A stretch of DNA of 64,000 nucleotides from Myxococcaceae bacterium (lineage in GTDB: Bacteria; Myxococcota_A; Polyangia; Polyangiales; Ga0077539). The position numbers and the translations under genes were made by a program. How positions within the stretch are numbered: position 1 is the first letter of the stretch; each line of letters begins with the position of its first letter. Positions 48,608-57,227 of the stretch are shown here, one piece after another. A model generated the notes under the pieces. That model was not told where the DNA came from. It saw nothing but the letters and a program-made list of their open reading frames with translations, and made no database searches. The stretch is taken from NCBI GenBank assembly GCA_004297725.1, contig SCUS01000054.1, forward strand, positions 7,731-71,730, in the 5' to 3' direction.

Positions 48608-51289
48608 ATGCGGCGTACAGGGTTGTGTCTGGCGGGTATCACGGTGCTGGTGTCGTGCAGCGATCCGACGACGGAGGCGCCGAGGGATGCGGGCCCCGAC
48701 GCGCTCTTCGATGGGGCGATGGACGCCCCGACGGACTCTGGCACCGTGTCTCCCGAGGACAGCGGTCCGAGCGAGTGCCCGGTGGGGGCGGCCTTCGCGC
48801 AGGGCTCGGCGGAGGGCGCGGCCGACCCGACGATGGTCCCGGCGGGGATGGGCGCCGGGGGGGCGGTGCGCGCAGGGCGTCTCACCGCCGCGGCGCTCCC
48901 GGTCGACCGCACCGGCTTGAACACCTGGCAGGCGGGCGACTACGTGCTGGCCAACAGCCGGGTGGCGCTGCTCATCGAGGCCGCGCGGCCGACCTCCGGC
49001 TACAACCCGTGGGGAGGAACGCCCGTGGGCGTGGCCTCGGTGCGCGACGGCCGCCTCGTCGATGCCGGGGATTTCGGGGAGCTCATCATCGGCCTCGGGC
49101 GCTTCACGATGCAGGCCGAGTCGGTGACGGTGATGAGCGACGGCCGCGACGGGACGCCCGCGGTGGTGAGGGCGATCGGGCCGCTGAGGGCGATCCCCTT
49201 CCTCGATGAGTTCGGCCGCGCGATCGCTCCGGCGGACTACGGGGACATCCGGGTGGCGATGGACTACGAGCTGCGCGCCGACAGCGACGTGGCGGAGGTC
49301 TACGTGACCTTCGACGTCCCGAGGCTGGGCACGACCGTCGTGCGCACGGTGCTCAACGGCTTCTTCCAGGCCAACCGCATGGGGCGCTTCGTCCCCAACG
49401 CGGGCTTCATGGAGGGCACCGGCGCGATGAGCGCGACCTCGCTGGTGGGCTGGGTCGACGACCGCGCCACGAGCTGGGCCTGGATGCTCCCGGCAGCCCG
49501 CGGGACCATCACCCCGATCATCTCCGTGTCGGGCTTCGACATGTTCACCGCGCCGGCGATCACCTTCCCTCCGTGCAGCCAGACCAGGGTGCACTTCGGC
49601 CGCATCGCCCTGGGCGGCCCCGGGCTCGACGGGCTGCAGCGCGCCATCGCCGCCGACGCCCGCGTCGCGCTCCGCGCCATCACCGGAACCGTCACCGACG
49701 CCTCCGGCGCGCCCGCGGCCGGGGCGAGGGTGCACGCCACCTCGATGGACGGCGCCCGCTACCTCGATCGGGTCAGCGCGGACGCCATGGGGCGCTTCGA
49801 GCTGCGCGTCCCGGCCGGTCCGGTGCGCCTCCAGGGCTGGCGCTCGGGGAGCGCGCCCACCGCGGCGGTGCCCGTGGCCGAGGGGGCGAGCACGGCGTCG
49901 CTGGCCTTTCCTGCCGACGGGTCCATCGCGGTCGAGGCCACCGAGGCGGGGAGCGCCCAGGCCCTGCCGGTGAGGGTGCAGGTGATCCCCGAGGGGGCGA
50001 CGGCGCCTTCGTTGCCCGCCAGCCACGGGGAGTCGGTGCCGTCCTACGGGCGGCTGCACGTGGCCTTCCCGATCGACGGTCGGGTGACCCTCCCGGCGCC
50101 TCCGGGGCGCTACCGGGTGGTGGTCTCTCACGGTCCCTTCTATGACCTCTCGGACACCCTGGTGACGGTCACCGCGGGGATGAGCACCCGTGTGCCGGTG
50201 ACGCTCCGAAGGGTGGTCGAGACGCCGGGAGTCCTTTGTGGGGACTTCCATGTCCACACGACACGCTCACCCGACTCCGATGACGACGCGCGGCTGAAGC
50301 TGTCCTCCGGCGCGGCGGACGACCTCTCGGTGATGGCCCGCTCGGACCACGAGTGGGTCGGGGACTTCCAGCCCCTGATCGAAGAGATGGGATTGCAGCG
50401 CCGGATGCGGGGCGTCGGCTCCATCGAGCTCACGACCTTCACCTATGGGCACTTCGGGGTCTTTCCCCTCACGGCGGACACCTCTCGTATCAACAATGGC
50501 AACTTCACCTGGACCGGTCGGCTCCCGTCTGCGGTGTTCGCGGACGTGCGCGCCCGGCCCGAGCGCCCGACGCTGGTGATCAACCACCCCCGAGGATCAC
50601 GCAGCCAGGCGTACTTCGACGCGGCCGGGTACAACCCCGCGGACGGCACCGCCAACCCGGCCATGTGGGATGAAGGGTTCACCGCGGTGGAGTTCTTCAA
50701 TGACAGCTCCTTTGAAGAGAACCCGATGCAGGTGAGGGACTGGTTCTCCTTCCTGGCGCGGGGGAGGCGGGTCTTCGCGGTGGGCTCCTCGGACAGCCAC
50801 CATCTCAACAGCTCGCCGGTGGGCTTCCCCCGGACGTGCATGTTCCTGGGAACGAGCGACCCGATGGCCGCGACGCCGCAGGCCATCGGGACGGCGGTGG
50901 GCACCGGGCGATCGACCATCGCGGGCGGGATCTTCCTCGACGTGAGGGCGCTCCCGGCGACGGGGACGAGCGGCGCCGTGGGTCCGGGCCAGGAGATCAT
51001 GGGGGTGGGCAGCGAGGGGAGGCTGGAGATCACCGCGAGGGCGCCGACCTGGGTGCGCGCCGACCGGCTGCAGGTCTTCGTGGACGGGACCGCCCTGCCG
51101 ACCATCGCCCTCGACGACGCGGCGCGCGACCCGAGCGACCCGGTGGTGCGCTACCGCGGAACGGTCCGGGTCCCGGTGGCGGCGAGCGGCAGCTGGGTGG
51201 TGGTGGCGGCGCACGGTCGGGAGCTCGAGCCGGTGTTCCCGAGGCGGACGGCCTTCGCGGTGAGCAACCCGATCTTCCTTCGTCGGTAG
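48608..51289 (+). CDS. CehA/McbA-like PHP-family metallohydrolase lipoprotein
   Basis: Lipobox LVSC; GDFHVHT, SDH, GHFG, INHPR and GSSDSH metal motifs after Ig-like domains. Confidence 0.85.
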   Translation: MRRTGLCLAGITVLVSCSDPTTEAPRDAGPDALFDGAMDAPTDSGTVSPEDSGPSECPVGAAFAQGSAEGAADPTMVPAGMGAGGAVRAGRLTAAALPVDRTGLNTWQAGDYVLANSRVALLIEAARPTSGYNPWGGTPVGVASVRDGRLVDAGDFGELIIGLGRFTMQAESVTVMSDGRDGTPAVVRAIGPLRAIPFLDEFGRAIAPADYGDIRVAMDYELRADSDVAEVYVTFDVPRLGTTVVRTVLNGFFQANRMGRFVPNAGFMEGTGAMSATSLVGWVDDRATSWAWMLPAARGTITPIISVSGFDMFTAPAITFPPCSQTRVHFGRIALGGPGLDGLQRAIAADARVALRAITGTVTDASGAPAAGARVHATSMDGARYLDRVSADAMGRFELRVPAGPVRLQGWRSGSAPTAAVPVAEGASTASLAFPADGSIAVEATEAGSAQALPVRVQVIPEGATAPSLPASHGESVPSYGRLHVAFPIDGRVTLPAPPGRYRVVVSHGPFYDLSDTLVTVTAGMSTRVPVTLRRVVETPGVLCGDFHVHTTRSPDSDDDARLKLSSGAADDLSVMARSDHEWVGDFQPLIEEMGLQRRMRGVGSIELTTFTYGHFGVFPLTADTSRINNGNFTWTGRLPSAVFADVRARPERPTLVINHPRGSRSQAYFDAAGYNPADGTANPAMWDEGFTAVEFFNDSSFEENPMQVRDWFSFLARGRRVFAVGSSDSHHLNSSPVGFPRTCMFLGTSDPMAATPQAIGTAVGTGRSTIAGGIFLDVRALPATGTSGAVGPGQEIMGVGSEGRLEITARAPTWVRADRLQVFVDGTALPTIALDDAARDPSDPVVRYRGTVRVPVAASGSWVVVAAHGRELEPVFPRRTAFAVSNPIFLRR

Positions 51290-51347
51290 TGGGGGGGGCG
51301 GTGAGGGGGCCGCGCGAGCCGCGACGCATCACCTGATCCCCCTCCGA

Positions 51348-51761
51348 TCAGACGGCGGTCTGGGTGATCAGCAGGAAGGACGGGTTGTGCGCCGGGTCCT
51401 GACTGGTGATCTTGTTCTTGAAGACCGCGAGGCTCGAATAGACCGTGGCGTAGTCGATGGGATAGATCCAGACGTTGGGCCCGACGTTGTACGTGGCCCA
51501 CGCCTGATAGAGTCCCCAGTACTCGTTTCCAGAGGTGTCGAACCAGATCTCTCCGAGCTTCAGCCAGGAGGTCCCGTCCCAGACCCGGATATCGTAGAGG
51601 AAGAGCGGGTCGACCTGCATGATCGCAGACTTCGGGGACTTCGTTGCCTTCTTCGCTGACGCGGGGAAGGGCTTCGCCTCCGGGCGGGCGACCGCCGCGC
51701 TCCCCATCGCGGGCTTCTTCTTCTTTGCGGTCGTACCGGCTGTCTTCTTCACGGTTGCCAT
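51348..51761 (-). CDS. Hypothetical protein (Lys-rich N-tail, aromatic-rich C-domain)
   Basis: AGAGGAG SD upstream of ATG 51761; 12 bp downstream of the kinase gene. Confidence 0.7.
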   Translation of the reverse strand: MATVKKTAGTTAKKKKPAMGSAAVARPEAKPFPASAKKATKSPKSAIMQVDPLFLYDIRVWDGTSWLKLGEIWFDTSGNEYWGLYQAWATYNVGPNVWIYPIDYATVYSSLAVFKNKITSQDPAHNPSFLLITQTAV

Positions 51762-51773
51762 CGCGGTGCTCCT

Positions 51774-54233
51774 CTATGCGCCGCCAATACCCAGAGCGGC
51801 GGCAGCCTCGTCAATGGACATCACCTCCAGCCGGTGTGTCCAGTGTGATCGTGGGATGCTCTCGAAATGAGGGGTGGCGATTCCCGACAAGGCCCTACGT
51901 CGGCGAGGACGCGCCTGCGCCAGCAGCGCCAGCGACTGCACCGCCACCCGGGAGAGCGGCAGCGTCTTCACCCGCCCCAGCAGCAGCCTCTCCTCCTCGG
52001 CGTCCACCGCCTCGCCGCACAGCATCGCCAGCGGCTGCACCAGCGCCAGCCCCGGGACCCACCCGGTCAGCGTCCACTGCCGCAGCGCCCTCACGCTCAG
52101 CGCCCTCGCGGTCTCCAGGTCGCCCGCGCGCCACGCCACCGCCGCCTCGTTCATGCAGAGCAGCGCCGCCACGTCGCGAAGCCCGACGCTCGAGACGGCG
52201 TCCAGCAGCTCCAGGTCCGGCGAGCTCGCTCGCCCGGTGCGGTAGGCGACCGCCCGGAGGATCCACTCGGCCCTGGCCTCGTAGTACGGGTGGCGGCACC
52301 TCGCGGCGGCGCGGCGCGCCTCCTCCGCGAGCGCCCTCGCGTCGTCGAGGCGGAAGCACTCCATCGCCGCGGAGGCCGCGTTCACCCGGGCGTCGAGACG
52401 CGCCGTCGCCCACGGCTCCCACGCGGCGGCCTCCTTCAGCAGCGCCGCGGCCTCCTCGAAGCGGCCCTGGCGGTAGCGCAGCCGTCCCAGGGCGTTGGCG
52501 CGCAGTCCGGGGTCCGTCGCGCAGCGGGCCACCTCGTCGACCACGCGCTCCTCGCGGGCGGGCTCCACCCGCCGCGCGGCCATCACCCGCATCGTCAGCC
52601 GCCGACGCTCCAGCGCCGGGTCCGCGAAGGGGGCGACGGACTCGATCATGGTGAGCGCCCGGTCGCCCGCCTGGGAGAGCACCAGCGCGGCGCGGAGCAT
52701 CCCGTCGAGCGCCGCGGTGTGTGCCGAGGGAGAGCGCACGCGGGAGAGCTCGTAGACCGCGCGGTCGAGGAAGCGGGGTGTCCCTTCGGCGAGGGCGACC
52801 TCCACGGTGACGGAGAGCAGCGCGGCCTCCGGGGCGTCGCCGTCGTGGGGCGAGTCCTCGGTGAGCTGGCGCACCGCCACGAGGCAGGCGTCGAGCACCG
52901 CGGCGGCGTGGCCGAGCGCCCCGGAGCGGGCGTGGTGCAGCGCGAGGGCGGCCCCCTCGGAGGCGATGGCGCGGGCGGCGCGGAGGCGCTCGTCGCTCTG
53001 GCCGTAGGGCGGGTGCAGCCCGAGGAGGGCGTGGAGCCGGGCGTCGTCGTCGTCCGCGGGGCGCGCTCCGGAGGCGGTGCTGCGGAGGGGGCGGGCGGTG
53101 CCGAAGCCCGTGGCGAGCCGGTCGAGGGTCTCGCGGTCGATGGCGAAGCGCTCCCCGTCGCGGCGCACGAGGCCGGCGCGCTCCCAGGCGAGGAGCTCGT
53201 CGAGGACGCGGGCGCGGCGTCCGTCGGTGCGTGCGCGGAGGGCGCGCGCGGCGTCCGAGGGGATGTGGAAGAGCCGCTCGGAGCCGGTGAAGAGGGAGCG
53301 GAGCGATGGGTCGTCGAGGAGCTCGTCGTCGCCGCCGTCGAGCAGCAGCGGCGGGATCGAGGCGCTGCGGGGGGGGGCGCCTCGCAGCCGGGAGAGCACC
53401 TCCGCGGCGGACTCCGGGCGCTCCTCGGGGCGGCGGGAGAGCAGGGCGTCGACCACGGCGGCGACGGCCTCGGGGACGAAGGGGGCCCGCTCCCGCAGGG
53501 GCGTGGCGGGGACGTTGACCTTCGCCCAGAAGGTCGAGAAGACGGTGGTCCCGGTGGCGACGGGAGAGTCGCCGGAGAGGGCGAGGTAGAGCATCACGCC
53601 GAGGGCGTAGAGGTCGGTGCGGGGGGTGATGTCTCCCCCGTGGATCTGCTCGGGCGCGAGGAAGAGCGGCGTGCCGAGGATCTCCCCCTGGCCCGAGCGC
53701 TGCGCGTCGAGGGACTCCCAGCTCACGCCGAAATCGAGGAGGGTGGGGCGTCCCTCCGGGCAGACGAGCACGTTGCCGGGCTTGAGGTCGCGGTGGATCA
53801 CCCCCGCCGCGTGGATGCGGGAGAGGGTCTCGAGGAGGGCGGTGACCGTGGGGCGGAGCTCCTCCCAGGGGAGGGGCGAGGGGCGGCCTGGGAAGGGGCT
53901 TCCGTCGACGCGCTCCATGACGAGGAAGACGTCGCCCTCGTCGACGCCCTCGTCGAGCAGGGTGACCACGCCGGGAACGCGCAGGCGTCGCAGGGTGGCG
54001 ATCTCGCGACGCACCCGGGCGCCTTCGGAGAGGGAGCTGGAGTGCATCACCTTCACGGCGACGCGGCTGCGGGTGAGCGGGTCGTGGGCCTCCCAGACCT
54101 CGGCCTGGCCGCCGGCGCCGAGCATCAGCTCGAGGACGTAGCGACCGGCGATGACACGGGAGGCGAAGGTTCCCCCGCGGGGGCGGGCGACGGCGTCGGC
54201 GGAGGGCGTCGTCGGGGGGAGCTCGTCGGACAC
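51774..54233 (-). CDS. Ser/Thr protein kinase with TPR-like helical C-terminus
   Basis: GAGGQAEV, VAVK, HRDLKPGN, DFG and GTPLFLAPEQ; LGRLRYRQGRFEEAA TPR-like repeat. Confidence 0.9.
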   Translation of the reverse strand: MSDELPPTTPSADAVARPRGGTFASRVIAGRYVLELMLGAGGQAEVWEAHDPLTRSRVAVKVMHSSSLSEGARVRREIATLRRLRVPGVVTLLDEGVDEGDVFLVMERVDGSPFPGRPSPLPWEELRPTVTALLETLSRIHAAGVIHRDLKPGNVLVCPEGRPTLLDFGVSWESLDAQRSGQGEILGTPLFLAPEQIHGGDITPRTDLYALGVMLYLALSGDSPVATGTTVFSTFWAKVNVPATPLRERAPFVPEAVAAVVDALLSRRPEERPESAAEVLSRLRGAPPRSASIPPLLLDGGDDELLDDPSLRSLFTGSERLFHIPSDAARALRARTDGRRARVLDELLAWERAGLVRRDGERFAIDRETLDRLATGFGTARPLRSTASGARPADDDDARLHALLGLHPPYGQSDERLRAARAIASEGAALALHHARSGALGHAAAVLDACLVAVRQLTEDSPHDGDAPEAALLSVTVEVALAEGTPRFLDRAVYELSRVRSPSAHTAALDGMLRAALVLSQAGDRALTMIESVAPFADPALERRRLTMRVMAARRVEPAREERVVDEVARCATDPGLRANALGRLRYRQGRFEEAAALLKEAAAWEPWATARLDARVNAASAAMECFRLDDARALAEEARRAAARCRHPYYEARAEWILRAVAYRTGRASSPDLELLDAVSSVGLRDVAALLCMNEAAVAWRAGDLETARALSVRALRQWTLTGWVPGLALVQPLAMLCGEAVDAEEERLLLGRVKTLPLSRVAVQSLALLAQARPRRRRALSGIATPHFESIPRSHWTHRLEVMSIDEAAAALGIGGA

Positions 54234-54324
54234 GAGGCGGGAGGGTAACGCCTCGCGATGGATGGGTGGGAAGCCGAGTTGGAGGGCCAGCGCTCCCCTG
54301 ACCGCTCGCCGCGCGACCGGGCGG

Positions 54325-55482
54325 TCAGAACATCCGCACCCCGAGGCCCGCGAGCACGCTCACGTGCGTCCCCGGCAGCCACGCCACCGGGAAGGCCCAG
54401 CCCGCGCGCACGTAGGCCTGCCACCGCCCGAAGCGCAGGTCGGCGAAGGCCGCCGCGCCGCCCGCTCCGCCGAAGGTGTCGAGCGCCCCCACGCGGCGCA
54501 CGTCGTTGAAGGCCCCGCCTGCCACCGCCACGCCCAGCTCGTGAGGAGCCCTGAGCGACGGGCGCACGTGGACGCTCGCCTGCGCCGCGATCAGCCGCTC
54601 GCTCAGCAGCGACGGCCACGCGAGCCCGGGAATGGCCACCACGTAGGGGTTCATCCCTCCGACCCTCGGTCGGGTGAGGTCGTCCTCGCCCTCTCCCCAG
54701 CTCGCGCTCTGCTCCAGCTGCACCCGCACGCGCGATCCCAGCGCCGCGCCCGCGCGCAACCACTGCCTCGCCATCACGATCACCCGCCCGGGGCGGTTGC
54801 GACGGTCGTCCGCGCCCGAGAGCGCTCCCCACGACTGGGCGTCGTCGCGCACGTCGACCCCCAGCTCCACGCCCATCGCGATGCCTCGGAGCCGGGGATA
54901 GGCGACGTGCGCCTGCCACTCGTCGCCGGGGCTGGTGATGGCCCAGTACGTATAGCGAAGCCGGGGCTCGAAGACCGTCGCGTCCGGAGGGAGCAGCAGC
55001 TCACGGCTGGTCGAGTCGGAGCGGGCGAAGAGCCAGCGGCGCGCGGCGGCGACGAGCTCCAGCGAGTGGGCTCCGCCGGGGAGCCATTTGATGGAGGCGA
55101 CCGCCCAGGCGTAGCTCGCCCAGAAGCCCCGGCCGGGCTGTCGTGTCCCGAGCGCCCGGTAGTCCGGAAGCACCCCGGCGTAGGCGCCCTCCGCCCGCAC
55201 CGCGGCCGAGAACCGCAGCCTCGGCGTCCCCAGCGGAACATCCTCCACCCCCACCTGCACCGTCTCGGTGTTGAGGAAGAGGTGCAGGTCGCCGCCGCCG
55301 CGGGTGAGGCCGCGCCCTCTCGCGTCGACGAGCACCCAGCCGTGGCCGCCGAGCTCGGGGGAGAGCCACTGCTCGTGGGCCGCCAGCGCCGCCGCGCTCC
55401 AGTCGAGGCACTGCGCCTCCGCGCCGAAGGCCAGCGTGGCGATCGCCGCCGCCCCGGATCGCCACCCTGCGTGTCGTCTCAT
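54325..55482 (-). CDS. Putative outer-membrane beta-barrel protein
   Basis: Signal peptide, amphipathic strands and C-terminal GLGVRMF. Confidence 0.65.
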   Translation of the reverse strand: MRRHAGWRSGAAAIATLAFGAEAQCLDWSAAALAAHEQWLSPELGGHGWVLVDARGRGLTRGGGDLHLFLNTETVQVGVEDVPLGTPRLRFSAAVRAEGAYAGVLPDYRALGTRQPGRGFWASYAWAVASIKWLPGGAHSLELVAAARRWLFARSDSTSRELLLPPDATVFEPRLRYTYWAITSPGDEWQAHVAYPRLRGIAMGVELGVDVRDDAQSWGALSGADDRRNRPGRVIVMARQWLRAGAALGSRVRVQLEQSASWGEGEDDLTRPRVGGMNPYVVAIPGLAWPSLLSERLIAAQASVHVRPSLRAPHELGVAVAGGAFNDVRRVGALDTFGGAGGAAAFADLRFGRWQAYVRAGWAFPVAWLPGTHVSVLAGLGVRMF

Positions 55483-55585
55483 GATGGGGGACGGTACGCG
55501 GGTCGGGCGCTGTCGGTGACGTTGGGAGGAAATGGCCGTTGGGCGGCGGAGGGCGATCGGGGGTATGGTCCCGGCCTCGATCGCC

Positions 55586-56734
55586 ATGCACAGCCCCCTT
55601 GATACGCTGGTCTCTGAAGGGATTCTCGACGATGTGCTCGGCCGCCTGAAGAGCGGCAAGGAGGCCGACGTGTTCCGGGTGGTGTACCGGGGCGAGGTCG
55701 TGGTCGCCAAGGTCTACAAAGACCGCGACCAGCGGAGCTTCAAGAACAACGCGGGCTACAAGGAAGGCCGCGTCGTGCGCAACACCCGCACCCAGCGGGC
55801 GATGGAGAAGGGCAGCCGCTTCGGTCGCTCCGAAGACGAGGACGAGTGGAAGGCCTCCGAGGCCCGCTGCCTCCACCGGCTCCACGCCGCGGGCGTGAGG
55901 GTGCCCACGCCGGTGATGTTCTACGAGGGCGTGCTGCTGATGGAGCTCGTCGAGGACGCCGAGGGCAACGCCGCCCCGCGCCTCGTCGAGGCGGCCTTCG
56001 ACCCCACCCTCGCGGCGGGCTTCTACCGCGACCTGCGATCGCAGATCGTGAAGATGCTCTGCTGCGACCTCATCCACGGAGACCTGTCGCCCTACAACGT
56101 GCTGCTCGCCGCGGGCGGCCCGACCATCATCGACTTCCCGCAGACGGTCTCCGCGGCGCACAACTCCCAGTCGGAGACCTTCTTCCGCCGCGACTTCGAC
56201 GGCATCCAGCAGTTCTTCGCGCGCATCGACCGCAGCCTCCTCGCGTGCAACAGCGACGGCCGCGAGATCTGGAAGACCTACGTGCGGCGCGAACTGTCGC
56301 CCGACTATGTTCCGGAGCCGGTCGCCCGCGAGGCGAGGCCCGGCCAGGCCCAGTACGCCCCGCGGGGACAGCAGGGCCCGCGCCCCGGCGGCGCCCGCCC
56401 GCCGCAGTCCTACGGCGGAGCACCGCAGGGGCAGCCCCGCCAGGGTGCGCCGCATGGACAACCGCCTCGTCAGGGCGCGCCGCAGGGACAACCGCCTCGT
56501 CAGGGCGCGCCGCAGGGACAGCCGCCGCCTCGTCAGGGCGCACCGCAGGGGCAGCGGTCGGCGCCGTGGCCGGCCCGCTCCCCGGGGCCGGTGGTCAGCT
56601 ATGTGAAGCGCCCGGCAGGCCGCGATGCGGGTCCTCCGGCCGAGCGCGCGACGGCTGCTCCTCCGCCGAAGCCCGCCGCTCCGCCGCCTCCCGACGGCAA
56701 CCCCCACCGCAAGCGCCGCCGGCATCGGCCGTAG
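55586..56734 (+). CDS. RIO1-like atypical protein kinase with low-complexity tail
   Basis: LKSGKEADV, IHGDLSPYNVL and IIDFPQ motifs; QGAPQGQPPR repeats. Confidence 0.9.
   Translation: MHSPLDTLVSEGILDDVLGRLKSGKEADVFRVVYRGEVVVAKVYKDRDQRSFKNNAGYKEGRVVRNTRTQRAMEKGSRFGRSEDEDEWKASEARCLHRLHAAGVRVPTPVMFYEGVLLMELVEDAEGNAAPRLVEAAFDPTLAAGFYRDLRSQIVKMLCCDLIHGDLSPYNVLLAAGGPTIIDFPQTVSAAHNSQSETFFRRDFDGIQQFFARIDRSLLACNSDGREIWKTYVRRELSPDYVPEPVAREARPGQAQYAPRGQQGPRPGGARPPQSYGGAPQGQPRQGAPHGQPPRQGAPQGQPPRQGAPQGQPPPRQGAPQGQRSAPWPARSPGPVVSYVKRPAGRDAGPPAERATAAPPPKPAAPPPPDGNPHRKRRRHRP
56419..56555 (+). repeat. Coding tandem repeat (~30-bp unit, 4-5 copies)
   Basis: CAGGGCGCGCCGCAGGGACAACCGCCTCGT-type units encoding QGAPQGQPPR. 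Confidence 0.8.
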
Positions 56735-56827
56735 TCGGTCTGTCGCTCAGGTCGACAGTGACCGCCCTCACCCGGAGGGGCGCGACCGCCCACGCCGGCT
56801 CGACGCGCCTTCACCACGGCCTCGCGC

Positions 56828-57190
56828 TCACCCCCGCAGCGCCGTCTCCCAGGCCTCCGGGCGAAAGCCCACGAGCACGGTGCCGTCGCGCACCAGCACC
56901 GGGCGCTTCACCAGCTTGCCGTCGGCCGCGAGCCACACGATGAGCTCGTCGTCGGTGGCCGCGTCGACGCGCGCCTTGCCCAACGCACGGTAGCTCTGGC
57001 CGCTGGTGTTGAGCCAGCGGCGCAGCGGAACGCCGCTCGCGGTGATCCATCGTCGGAGCTCGTCGACGGTCGGCGGCTGCTCGACGATGGGACGCAGCTC
57101 GAAGGGGATCGCGCTGGCATCGAGCCAGGAGCGCGCCTTGCGACAGGTGTCGCATCCCGCGTAGGCGAGGAGGAGGGCTGGTGTTGTCAT
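56828..57190 (-). CDS. ArsC/Spx-family thioredoxin-fold protein
   Basis: CDTCRKA, NTSGQSYR and LVKRPVLV...VGF motifs. Confidence 0.9.
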   Translation of the reverse strand: MTTPALLLAYAGCDTCRKARSWLDASAIPFELRPIVEQPPTVDELRRWITASGVPLRRWLNTSGQSYRALGKARVDAATDDELIVWLAADGKLVKRPVLVRDGTVLVGFRPEAWETALRG

Positions 57191-57227
57191 GGGGAGAGGT
57201 GCCGGAGCTCGAGGGGCGATCAGGCGC

